Source of the DNA: Bispira polyomma
Taxonomy: Eukaryota
Length of the DNA: 64,000 nucleotides
Direction of reading: 5' to 3'
Assembly: GCA_965649765.1 (NCBI GenBank)
Contig: OZ287753.1
Location: forward strand, 68,944,001 to 69,008,000
Shown: positions 11,735-22,370 of the stretch, piece after piece
Position numbering within the stretch: position 1 is the stretch's first letter
How the letters are laid out: every line of letters starts with the position of its first letter
The notes under the pieces: generated by a model
What the model was told of the DNA's origin: nothing
Databases searched by the model: none
What the model saw: only the letters and a program-made list of their open reading frames with translations
Translations under genes and position numbers: made by a program

Positions 11735-12139
11735 ATGAATCATTTATACTTCTACATACATCCTACGGATTCTACTAAATATCACCCACAAAATAATTCA
11801 TGGGAATTTATTATCAAATTAAACGACGTGTTAGAGCTAGATGGAGTGTGGAAATGTGGATTGGCTGAAATTAGATACGGCGATGAAATTAAAGAACAGT
11901 TATATGTATATTGCGATATTGTAGATGAGAGTTTTATAGAGGATCATTGTAGACCAATTTTAAGAGTAGTTAATTCACCCACAGTTTTTAATCATATTTA
12001 TTATAAACGAGTGGTTAGACAAGATTTAGCTAGAATTAGAGTATATATAAGAGGTAAAGATTTAAAAAAAGTTACTATTAGTAATACTCCAACCTTTGTG
12101 GTATTGTCACTGATAAAACAGAGAGTTCAAAATGGTTAA
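11735..12139 (+). CDS. Minor capsid protein (penton-like, single jelly roll)
   Basis: HPQNNSWEF..L...LELDGVWKCGLAEI and LYVYCDIV...ILRV motifs; located between integrase and major capsid gene. Confidence 0.78.
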   Translation: MNHLYFYIHPTDSTKYHPQNNSWEFIIKLNDVLELDGVWKCGLAEIRYGDEIKEQLYVYCDIVDESFIEDHCRPILRVVNSPTVFNHIYYKRVVRQDLARIRVYIRGKDLKKVTISNTPTFVVLSLIKQRVQNG

Positions 12140-12419
12140 TTGGAATAAAGTTTGTGAGAGTATGAGAGACGGGAAGTTAACAATGGATAGAAACCTATAT
12201 ATAATAAGAGAATAGACAGGAGGGGGCACTAATGCAAACGATCTGGTAACAATAATTTCACCTACTGAGCAGCAGGTGGATATGGCTAGGTCGCAAATTA
12301 AAAATAAAACTAAAAAAAGAGTGGTTGTTAAAAAGAGAAAAAAATTGAGTAAAAAAGGGAAGATAATTAAGAAGACTAAAAAGACGAAAAAGACAAAAAA
12401 GACTAGAGGGAAAAGATAA
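12132..12419 (+). pseudogene. Small basic core-like protein with protamine-like K/R tail; premature TAG
   Basis: MVNWNKVCESMRDGKL...IRE*TGGG...ISPTEQQVDMARSQIK...KKTKKTKKTRGKR*; not in ORF track because of the stop. Confidence 0.65.
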
Positions 12420-12536
12420 GACGACTAAAAGTATATATATATAGAGAGAGTTAGTAAGTAAACAGTTTAATCGTCAGTTGGTATCCGGATTGTAGTTGAC
12501 TAAAACTTAAGTATAAGGAAAAACATAAATAGCAAG

Positions 12537-13838
12537 ATGAATGTCTTTCAAGAAAAGGTGGCTCTGTTCCAAAAGCCGTTAATAGACCCCTCCATACATC
12601 ATATTGACTGGGTAGAATACAGACCTTCTGGCCAAATTAAAAGCGGAAATGTAATTGAGATTAATATAACTGGTGATGGAGCAGATTATATAGATTTAGA
12701 AAGAAGCAGATTGCATATAACAATGAAAGTTGTAAATAAGGACGGAACTAATCTAGCAGCTACAGCTAAGGTGGCTCCGGTAAATTTAGCCCTGCATTCC
12801 CTCTTCAGACAGGTGGATTTGTCTCTACAGCAAGTCAACATTTCACCCGGTGTGGGAATTAACTATCCTTATAAAAGTATAATAGATATTTGGTTACATA
12901 ATAGTTTTGTGGGCGAACAGGGACAGTTAGAAAATGAACTATTTGCTAATGATACCGCTAGTTATCACGATGATACAACTGGTGATGGTAATACAGGTTT
13001 TGGTGGGAGACAAGATAGATGTGCTCTGAGTACTGTGGTGGATTTATACGGCCCTTTACATCTTGATTTAGCCGAGCAGGAAAGACTTATATTAAATGGT
13101 GTGCAAATAAATGTAAAATTATATCCCAGTACTGATACTTTTAGATTAATGTCGGGTGATAATGCCCAAGAATATAAGGTAGAGATGGTTAATGCTGCTT
13201 TACAAGTATGTCAGGTAAAATTAAATCCTGAACTAGTTTTAGCCCATGCCAAGGCGTTAAAATTAGGCCCTGCATTATACCCTTATTGGCAAAGTGATTT
13301 TAAAACGTTCACCATACCTAAAGGAAATATGATGTGGAGTGATGATGGAACTTTTCATGGAGAGGTGCCAAGCAAACTAATTGTAGGTTTTGTCCCTGGA
13401 GAAGGTTATAGCGGTAGTTATACAAAAAAACCCTTTAAATTTCATCACTACAGTTTAAATTACTTAGAATTTAGCGTAGATGGGTTACCTGTTCCATGTC
13501 GCCCATTTAGACCTAATTATGTAGAGGGTTCTATCAGTGCAAGACCCACCTTTACAACTGGACATTATGTGGAAACGTATAATAGTCTATTTTATGGTAA
13601 ATATGGTGAAAATGAAAACAATCTGATTAAATATACCGATTATCCTAACGGGTGTTGTCTGTACGTATTCAATATAGATAGTAATGTGAGCGGACCGCTA
13701 AAGTCAGAACGTAAAAAGGGACATACAAGGATAACGGTTAATTTTGGAAAGGCTTTAGCCGAAAGTGTTACAGCTATATTATATGGTCGTTTTCCTGCTA
13801 TGATAAGTATTGATGAGTCTAGAGCGATAGATCAATGA
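12537..13838 (+). CDS. Major capsid protein (hexon-like, double jelly roll)
   Basis: 433 aa intact; WVEYRP, YIDLERSRL, LHSLFRQVDL, NYPYKS, GPLHLDL..QERLILNGV, PFKFHHY motifs of Polinton major capsids. Confidence 0.9.
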   Translation: MNVFQEKVALFQKPLIDPSIHHIDWVEYRPSGQIKSGNVIEINITGDGADYIDLERSRLHITMKVVNKDGTNLAATAKVAPVNLALHSLFRQVDLSLQQVNISPGVGINYPYKSIIDIWLHNSFVGEQGQLENELFANDTASYHDDTTGDGNTGFGGRQDRCALSTVVDLYGPLHLDLAEQERLILNGVQINVKLYPSTDTFRLMSGDNAQEYKVEMVNAALQVCQVKLNPELVLAHAKALKLGPALYPYWQSDFKTFTIPKGNMMWSDDGTFHGEVPSKLIVGFVPGEGYSGSYTKKPFKFHHYSLNYLEFSVDGLPVPCRPFRPNYVEGSISARPTFTTGHYVETYNSLFYGKYGENENNLIKYTDYPNGCCLYVFNIDSNVSGPLKSERKKGHTRITVNFGKALAESVTAILYGRFPAMISIDESRAIDQ

Positions 13839-14280
13839 ATACCTCTCAATTAAGGGTTAAAATGTTGTCTGACATTTATATCAGACAATATTATGGTGGG
13901 GTATATGCAGCAAATGAATTACCCTTAAAGTTAAATAATTTACCTAAAATTATAATTGTTAATACCAAACCTTATCCACATCTAGGTGAACATTGGATAG
14001 CCATGTATGTGGATAAAAACCGGATAGAATATTTCGATTCCTTGGCTGGTTTAACTCCAAAAGTTTTGAAAATTTCCTTTTGAGACATCAAGATAATTAT
14101 AGCAAAAATACTGTTAGAGTACAAAGTTATAAGTCTATGTTATGTGGCGAATATTGTTTGTATTATGCCTATCATAGATGTAGGGGTAAGAGATATGTCG
14201 ATATATTAAAGGGTTTCGGTGATAATTATAATATTAATGACAAAAAAATAAGTTCATTTTATGATTCTAAATTTAGTTAA
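13835..14280 (+). pseudogene. Adenain-like cysteine maturation protease, frameshifted near 14080
   Basis: GEHW, EYFDS, Q....LCGEYC catalytic motifs across two overlapping ORFs. Confidence 0.9.
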
Positions 14281-14695
14281 TATGACTGTGTCCAAGGGAT
14301 AGATGGCATCTAGCAGTTTTCTTTGTGCTAGATGGGTTTCACTCTGATATAGAAATGATGTCATTTAGTCTAGGTTAAAATTGTTGACAAATAGTTTTCT
14401 TTGTGTAATGGAGGGTTAGTCTGGTCTCAAAATGATGTCATTTAGTCTAAAGTATATTTGATGACGAGGTTTTATAGTGGTGATGTAAATGGTCTAAAGA
14501 GACAAAGGGTTCTAATATTTACATAATGTAAATGTTAATCTATGACATAATTTAAAGGGGGTTTCATCTTATGAGTCAGTGATTGATGATGCAATTGAGG
14601 TGTTGTCATAGTGAAATTATGAATAATAAAAGGTTAGGTAATGAGTTATAATTAGATTTCTAGGGGGGAAAAAGGGTATATATTAGGGGGAGAGA

Positions 14696-15427
14696 ATGAG
14701 TGAGAGATTAATTTCAACTGAAAGATTAAAGATGGCTACTACTACTACTACAAATGCCAGAGGGGTAGGACAAGTAAGAGGAGAAGATGAAGCTGATTGT
14801 GTGGTGGCAGCATCGGCATCAAGTTTTAGAAGGAGGGCGGACAAAAAGCAAAAAATGGAGAAACTTACAAATAAGTTCACAAATTTCCAGTTAGAGGAAG
14901 AATCCTTATGTATGTGTCGAGATTGGTTAGACTACAAACTCTACTATAATAGGCTGGAAAGTTTCAGGGGCTGGCCCAGAGGGGTTGGTATCACACCTAA
15001 AGAACTAGCCAGAGGAGGATTCAGGTACAGCGGGTATGGAGACAACTGCGTCTGTCCTTGGTGTAACATGCAGGTCAAGAATTGGAACTATTTCGATGAA
15101 CCTCTGAGACTGCATGCCAAACAAAACCCCAGTTGTGAGTATGTACAAACGGTGTCTCCTACTACAAATAAATTTATAGAAAGAGGAAACTACAAGTTGT
15201 ATCAAAACCGACTGGAGAACTTCAGAGGGTGGAAAGTTGGCGATATAGTTAGACCTGAGCAATTAGCTAGAGCAGGCTTCATGTATACAGGGTTAGGCGA
15301 CAGATGTCAGTGTTTGTGGTGTTCCGTCATATTACATTCTTGGCATTATCTAGACGAACCCCTGACTGAACACAAGAACAATTCCAAAAACTGTGGGTAC
15401 TTAAAAATGATTCTGCATGATGAATAA
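14696..15427 (+). CDS. Inhibitor of apoptosis protein with two BIR domains, no RING
   Basis: Two R..(S/N)F..W ... LAR.GF.Y.G..D.C.C..C ... H......C repeats with all Zn ligands; intronless; TATA-like tatatatta at ~14677. Confidence 0.92.
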   Translation: MSERLISTERLKMATTTTTNARGVGQVRGEDEADCVVAASASSFRRRADKKQKMEKLTNKFTNFQLEEESLCMCRDWLDYKLYYNRLESFRGWPRGVGITPKELARGGFRYSGYGDNCVCPWCNMQVKNWNYFDEPLRLHAKQNPSCEYVQTVSPTTNKFIERGNYKLYQNRLENFRGWKVGDIVRPEQLARAGFMYTGLGDRCQCLWCSVILHSWHYLDEPLTEHKNNSKNCGYLKMILHDE

Positions 15428-15989
15428 GTGCTCCTAGACATTTTTTGAGGGGGGAAAGATGACTGTAAAATAATTATATTTTGAAATGAATAAAATAATT
15501 AAAATAAAAAATATAAATATATATATATATATAAAAAAATATTAAAAATATTATATATGTTGTATAAATTGCATGTCGATTTTGTGTTATTGCATATCTG
15601 AGTTAGTTAGATTTTTATATTTGTGTAAATATATATATATATATATATTGTATATTTGATGTAATTATTGTAAAATAAAAGTAGACTAGATTAAAATTGT
15701 GTTGTTGTTTATTTAAAAAAAATGTCTATTTTGTTGACATTAGAAAATGCTGATTGTGAGAGTAATGTCATTGTCAAATGGAAATTATATGTTGAAGAGA
15801 CTAATACCCCTTTAGAATTAAGGTGAGCTCTATAAAAATCAAATATTTTATAATACATTGTGTCAGTCAAGCGAACGCTTGTTATTTATACATAATGTAT
15901 ATAAAAGCGATAGACCTCTAGCTCCCTTCACAATCTTATATCAGTGCTTGGTCAAATTTTGATGCTAAGAAGTTGCGTATATGATATAA

Positions 15990-16299
15990 CGAGTTCAATC
16001 ATCTCATATATATCGTTACCCTATTAGATCTCTCGGGGTAAAATATCCCAATCATCTCATATTTATCGTTTGCCTATTAGAGGTCAGTTAGATGGTAATA
16101 AAGGCTGTATAAAGCGCTGTAGTAGTACATGGCGTATCTACTAATTTGACGGTAACAACGTCCACATACACAAGTCCATATCATGTCCTCATATTTGAGG
16201 AGCGAAAATGAGCGAAAAAGGGGCTCCCATCTACTTTGTACAGGGGGCGAAAAGAATGAGCGAAAAAGACCTGGCTATCGGCTTACTTAACCTACTACT
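15990..16299. repeat. Probable right terminal inverted repeat region of the Polinton with internal short repeats
   Basis: Duplicated atctcatat.tatcgtt..cctattaga, repeated gagcgaaaa, ends CTACTACT; inner boundary not determinable. Confidence 0.6.
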
Positions 16300-17138
16300 T
16301 ACATAGATGATCTGGTTGCCATAGAAACTAGTGACAAAGCAACAGATTCTTTCCAGCAACTGTACGCATTAATTGAACACCTGGGTCTGCCCATTAACCC
16401 GAAAAAAGTATTTCCCTCCTCTCATGAGGTGGTGTGCATGGGTATACTTGTTAATGCAAAATTGGGGACATTAAAGATTCAAATTTGCTGGAATATCGCA
16501 TCTATGTAAGCAGTGGCTTCCAAAATCACAATGCACTTGAAGAGACTTGCAGTCTATTTTGGGCAAATTGCTCTATATAACCAGATGTGTGGCCCCTGCT
16601 AAGTTGTTTTTGAACCGCATGTTGAGACTGTTACTGTTAAGAGAAACTTACCCGAATAGAAATGTTATTCTCACTAGAGGCAGACTTAAGATGGTTTACC
16701 AAATTCCTCACTTCATTCAATGGAGTGGTAGCAATGCACCTGAAAAGCGAGCCTACTTATGATGTATATGTGGACGCATCTCTGACGGGCATTGGGGCAG
16801 TCTGGTCAGACAATGTTTATGCAGTTTGCCTCCCGACAGGAACACCGACGGACATGACCATAGTTCATTTTGAAATGTGAAATATCTTTGTAGCTATGAG
16901 AGTTTTGGGAAAATGCTTCCAGAACTGCACCATAAAGTTATGGTGCGACAACGAGGCGGTAGTAGCTGGCTTGAATTTAAAGCGATTCTATGAGAAAAAC
17001 CTGGGCATGCTGGCTCTTTGTATTTGGCTTGAGACTGCAAAATTCAATGTAAAATTGAAAATTGTACATATCCTAGGGGTGAAAAACTTCCAAGCGGATT
17101 ATCTGTCTCACATGTACATCCTTGGGTATAGGGACTAA
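16300..17138 (+). pseudogene. RT C-terminal half + RNase H of YR retrotransposon
   Basis: YIDDLVA...LGLPINPKK...CMGI; LQSILGKL; DLRWF; VDASLTGIG; WCDNEAVV; HILGVKNFQADYLS; several frameshifts/stops. Confidence 0.9.
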
Positions 17139-17209
17139 AAATTTAATGAAGTAAAAGATAAAAAGTGGTGGTCAGTGAGTAAGGACAAATTTGCACTCAA
17201 CACCAAATT

Positions 17210-18183
17210 TTGATGTACTTTTTAAGTACCCCTTTGCAAAAACTCCTACTAAGATCAGCTTCCACCAGGCTTGAAAATGCCTTAACTGAAAGAACCCAGC
17301 AAGTATATGGAAATTGCATTAAATTGTTTCTGGCATTTGCTGTGTTCTTGGGAGTGGAAAAAAAGTTTATGTTACAATTTTTAGAGTATCAAGCTCAGCA
17401 GGGGTTAAACCCCCTTATAATACAGAACTACGTGTTAGCCATAAAGCACCATTTTTAATTGTGGTCTGTTCCAGTGGGGGTGCTGTCTCATCCCCAGATA
17501 ACATTATTTTTCAGATCTTTATCCATGTCAACTCCCTATTCTCCCAGGTTAAAGGGACTTATCACCTTACCCATTTTGACTGCCATAATCCTGCAGAAAA
17601 TTCAATTCCACATTCTTATGTGTATCAGACGTTATTCCTAACGACCTTTCATTGGGATTTTCCGCTTGTCAAACTTGGTGCCTTCTAGCATTGGTCAATT
17701 TAATCCTGAACGGCACTTAACTTGTCAAGATTTTGTATAGGGATCTCCTGGAGTTCATGTCGTTTTGCATTGGGCAAAAAATTTACAAAAATACAATTAA
17801 TATCACGTGGTTCAATTGCCTGCCCTTAGAAATCCTCTTTTGTGCCCAGTAACAGCACTAAGGCTAATGTTTGCCAAAAATAGGAACACCCAGGAATCCT
17901 CAGTGTTTATGTGTAAAGTAAATGACAAACTGGTACCCCTTACTGCCTATAAAGTAAGGCGAGTGTTAAGAGAAATCATCGTGTCTTTGTCTCTTAATCC
18001 ACAGTCTTTTAGTTTTCACTCTTTCAGACGATCTGGGGCGACCTTGGCATTCGACAATCACGAATTACAGGCCATTATGGCCATAGGGGTTGGCGTTCTT
18101 CATCAGTATGGGTGTACCTGCAGTCCACCCCTAACGCTTCAGCCTTTGTCGCCCGTTCCCTACAAAGTATCATACCTAAATAG
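17210..18183 (+). pseudogene. Tyrosine recombinase of YR retrotransposon
   Basis: SAM-like N-terminus, FRLSNLVP in a shifted frame, LCPVTAL, FSFHSFRRSGAT, GWRSSSVWVY (catalytic Tyr), stop at 18181-18183. Confidence 0.88.
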
Positions 18184-19924
18184 GGTATATACTATACCTC
18201 GGAATAGAGCTGGAATCGAAATGGAATCGGAATGCCGCCCTGTACTGCCGCCCTGTACTGCCGCCCTGGTCATATAAGCTTGGTACTTGTATGTAAGTTT
18301 AAATATCTCAGCCATTTCTTAACGGATTTTGATGCAACAAAAAGCATAGGAATTACAATAAAATAAGCTTTCTTATCTTATTTTATTGCAAATTTTATCT
18401 TAACTAATTTCTGAGTTTTAAATAAATAATCACCATTTTGAGTGCAAAACCCACCAAAAATGACTGAAGGTTGCAATGGCAGTTGGAATGTACAGGAAAA
18501 TAGGTTGTAATGGGGATTGGAAAGGAGATATACCTCTCTACAAGGAGGCAGGTTGGACTGAAGGTTGGAATAGGAGTTGTAATGGGGATATACTTTTCTA
18601 CAGGGCGGAAGGTTGGAATGAGGGTTGGAATAGGAGTTGTAATGGAGATATGCTTCTCTCCAGGGCGGCAGGTTGGAATGGGAGTAGGAATGAGAGTTGT
18701 AATGAAGATATACTTCTCTCCAGGGCGGCAGGTTGAAATGAGGGTTGGAATGAGAGTTGGAATGGGGATAAACCTCTTTATAGGGGGGGGGGCAGACTGG
18801 ACTAAAGGTTGGAATGAGAGTTGGAATAGAGATATACTTCTCTTCAGGGAGGCAGACTGGACTGAAAGTTGGAATGGGAGTTGTAATGGAAATGTACTTC
18901 TGTCCAGGGCATTGTTAAATTCACAGGGCGGCAGGTATGGGAGTTGGAATGGAGCTAGGCTTCTCTACAGGGCGGTAGGTTAGAATGGGAGTTGGAATGA
19001 GAGTTGGAATGGGGATAATCTTCTTTATAGGGAGGCAGACTGGACTGAAGGTTGAAATGGAAGTTGTAATGGAAATGTACTTCTCTCGAGGGCGGCAGGT
19101 TGGAATGGGAGTAGGAATGAGAGTTGTAATGGAGAAATACTTCTCTCCAGGGCGGCAGGTTGGAATGGGAGTAGGAATGAGAGTTGGAATAGAGATATAC
19201 TTATCTACAGGGAGGCAGACTGGACTGAAGGTTGGAATGGGAGTTGGAATGGAAATGTACTTCTCTACAGGGCGGCAGGTTGGAATGGGAGTTGGAATGA
19301 GAGTTGTAATGGAGATATACTTCTCTCCAGGGCGGCAGGGTGAAATGGGAGTAGGAATGGGAGTTGGAATGGAGATATACTTCTCTACAGGGAGGCAGGT
19401 TGAAATGGGTGTTGAAATGAGAGTTGGAATAGAGATATACTTCTCTCCAGGGCGGCAGGTTGGAAGGAGGGTTGGAATGAGAGTTGTAATGGAGATATAC
19501 TTCTCTACAGGGCGGCAGGTTGGAATGGGGGTTGGAATGAGAGTTGGAATGGAGATATACTTCTCTACAGGGAGGCAGACTGTACTGAAGGTGGAAATGG
19601 AAGTTGGAATAGAGCTATGCCTCTTTAGAGGGTGGCAGGTTGGACTGGAGGTTAAAACTGGAGGAATTTTAAATATACAATCCAAATTTAACTATATCCT
19701 CATCAGCATTTTATTTGAATTATAATTAGTAAAACCTATCACAAGGTACATTATAAGAGCTTTCTAGTAATACCAAAATGAAATTTTTGGACGAAATATT
19801 TCGATAGATACATCCATTTATACAATTTTTTTTTTCATGTTGCACCTTAATCAAGTTGCCGCCCTGCCGCCCTGTTCCAGGGCGGCTGGAATAGGGCGGC
19901 AATTCCGAGGTATAGTATGTACCC
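18183..19924. mobile_element. Non-autonomous TIR element containing a satellite array
   Basis: 23-bp TIR gggta(t/c)atactatacctcggaat at both ends; ctaaata duplicated at 18176-18182 and 19925-19931. Confidence 0.85.
18476..19650. repeat. 60-bp tandem array with 12-bp sub-period
   Basis: Unit cagggcggcaggttggaatgggagttggaatgagagttgtaatggagatatacttctcta visible in register line after line. Confidence 0.93.
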
Positions 19925-20039
19925 CTAAATAGTACTAGCATGGCGTTTGGGCTTTGTATATAGTTAGTTTTACATGTAATGGTAATATATAGTAACTACT
20001 AAAACTTATCATGAACTATCAATGCCAGTTGACTTTGGA

Positions 20040-20465
20040 AGGTAGCCCTTAAAGTTGCGTTCACTTAAACTGCTAAGGTACAATTTCTTAAGGTGACCTT
20101 AAGTCAACCTTAAATTTTATTTGTAGTGCTTTATAATATGTAGGTGGCTTTAAGTCGCCCTACTTCTTTTAAGTTAACCTTAAAGTTAAAACTCTTCAAT
20201 TAACTAATGTAAAGTGTAAAAAGTTTAACTTAAGATGACCTTAAGTCACTCTACAAAGTTAACCTTAAAGTTAAACTCTTCATCTAACTAATGTAAAGTT
20301 GAAAAAGTTAAACTTAAGGTGACCTTAAGTCACTCTAGATAAATCTAGTCAATTGTAATTGTAACTGTGTTAGTGACCTTAAAGTCACCTCCCCTTTTTC
20401 ATTCTTATGTAAAGGTTAATTTAATGGTATAAGGTGACCTTAATCTTCCGGGTCACCTCAGTGAA
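20040..20465. repeat. Array of palindromic TAAGGTGACCTTA motifs, probably a transposon subterminal region
   Basis: Many exact/degenerate copies plus a local ~80-bp duplication; related motifs at ~46795-47050 and 52497-52548. Confidence 0.55.
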
Positions 20466-21335
20466 TTTAACAATGCTAACCTTTTAGTCTTATATGTTAG
20501 AGTATGTGTGTAGAAATAAATGTCTAAAAGTCTTAATGCTGTTATCATTATTTATCATCTGGCTTCCCTTTCCCCCTTTCTGAGGTTATCCTGTGGTCTG
20601 AATTATGAAGGACCTACTTTGCTGATCACACTGTTGCCCATCAATTGTTTATGTTTATTTATAAAGGTCTTGATTAATAACGTGACTCTGTCGTATTGTA
20701 AAGTATTAATATTTTGAAGATTATAGTGTTTTTTTCAGGTCTTCCTTAGAAAGGATCATGTTTCAGTCATGATATTGTTACTGCATGCCATGAATGCAAT
20801 ATGTCATTCCAAAATGTATTTTTTCTCTTCAGGCATAATTCTTGCAAGACCACTGGGGTATCTTGTCCAAGTTTACAATATAAAAATGTTTATAGAGGTA
20901 CCCATAACATAACATGCAATGAATCCTCATTTTTAGTTTTATAAATATAAGCAATGCAGATGCATACAAGGCACATACATGAGATTATCTGATGTCAAAC
21001 ATATGTGCTTTCTCTCTATATAGTTGAACTCTATCAAATAACTTTTTGTCTACTTTTAATTTAAATTTAATGAACCAGTAGCATAAATCAATTCTGTTTA
21101 ATTATAAAAAAAATTACTTCAACCAGTGTCACAGAAGAATTTTTCAATTTGAATAAAATCAGTAATTACTTCTGGTAAGTAATTGTTTAAGTTTTGCAAC
21201 ATTTCTTCCCTTATAACAGCAAACATTTTAGAAAATAGTGGGAAATATTTTCAGTATCTGCAAAACAATTGGGGACATAAGCTATTATATAGCCATGAAG
21301 TGGTAAAACTTTAAAATATTTTCTTTTTTTTTCAG

Positions 21336-21591
21336 GTATGACTGTTCTTCGCCTGAAGAGGACAAGGTTGTTGTGTTTGTTAATGAGGAACTGGTCACAC
21401 TTCCTGTTGCTAGCTGCACCAATAACATTTGTCTCGTCAGTGCTCTCGTTGAACACTGAATATCTACCTCAAAAACATGTAATGTGCATATAATATATGA
21501 CCTTGTCAGTGTGTCTACCCAACTCACTCCATCACTCACTGCAATGATGAATATTTTATTATTGCTAGCTTTCGCAAAGTTGCAAGCCTAA
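21336..21591 (+). pseudogene. Terminal exon of a MINPP1-like paralogue with premature stop
   Basis: ttttcAG acceptor, YDCSSPEEDKVVVFVNEELVTLPVASCTNNICLVSALVEH* aligns with exon 9 of the downstream gene (YNCSNGEEDKVAVYVNEELVTLPISQCTDGICPVSALIDEW). Confidence 0.85.
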
Positions 21592-22370
21592 ATATGTTGG
21601 ATGGCTTTGCAAATATTCGGATTTGTGCACAAGGATTCATGAAGTGATATTGAATGGGGTGATTTTGAATTAAAGAATTTGAACACCATTAGGTTATTTT
21701 GAATCATTTCTCATAAAATGATTCTGCAGATGTTTAGTCGCCCATGTGACTTATATTTGTTTATAAAATAAATATATATTTATATCATATAATTAATTGC
21801 ACCCTATAAATAAAAGTCTTACATATGATGTTAGTCGAACCCACAGCTCAACTTTATCATATAGTAAACGTTATAAATGTGTAGATTTATAGTCTGATAT
21901 CACCTCATTATCATCCGACTTTAGAATTTACACCCCAGTCTGGGTTCTTTTACATATCAACCAGTTATTCCTTTTCAGTTCCCTTGGAGAGCATAGTAGC
22001 CATGCTGCTACATATACCACAAATACTAAACTCATTAACGGCCATGTACCCATTTATATACATATGGGTGGAGAGGGACAACTTTGTTTGAAGTACCTTG
22101 TCCAAGGGTACAATCTCCAGGCCACGAGCAAGGATTCTACCTAGGACACTCTGATCCAAAATTGAACACGCTAACCACTAGGCCACAGAGTGCTCTGCCA
22201 AATGACACACCCTCCTTATAAGTTGATACATTAGGTGGTACTTATAAAAGTATTATATTTGACTTCAAGCTTTTAGTAAGTCAAACATGCAATTGCATTT
22301 TATATATCTTTCACCAAGATACAACTCTACGCATATTTTGAGGTAGTGGTGAGTTTAAGACCCTTGATAG

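Larger units (their letters stand above)
1..16299 (+). mobile_element. Polinton/Maverick (adintovirus-like) endogenous element, right portion; left end lies outside the window
   Basis: Co-linear pPolB, A32-like ATPase, rve+chromo integrase, penton-like, hexon-like and adenain genes; terminus ...CCTACTACT at 16291-16299 matches the (AGT)n/(ACT)n Polinton end, followed immediately by unrelated RT sequence. Confidence 0.93.
16300..19990 (+). mobile_element. Ngaro/DIRS-type tyrosine-recombinase retrotransposon remnant (3' part)
   Basis: RT from YIDD, RNase H, then YR with no methyltransferase between; 3' boundary approximate. Confidence 0.85.

Noticed and set aside
18476-19725. Long ORFs on both strands (246 aa, 254 aa etc.)
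   Set aside because: By-products of a 60-bp satellite inside a TIR element; open in several frames, no domain
20735-20900. Possible small exons with a CxxC motif
   Set aside because: No consistent frame or recognisable homology
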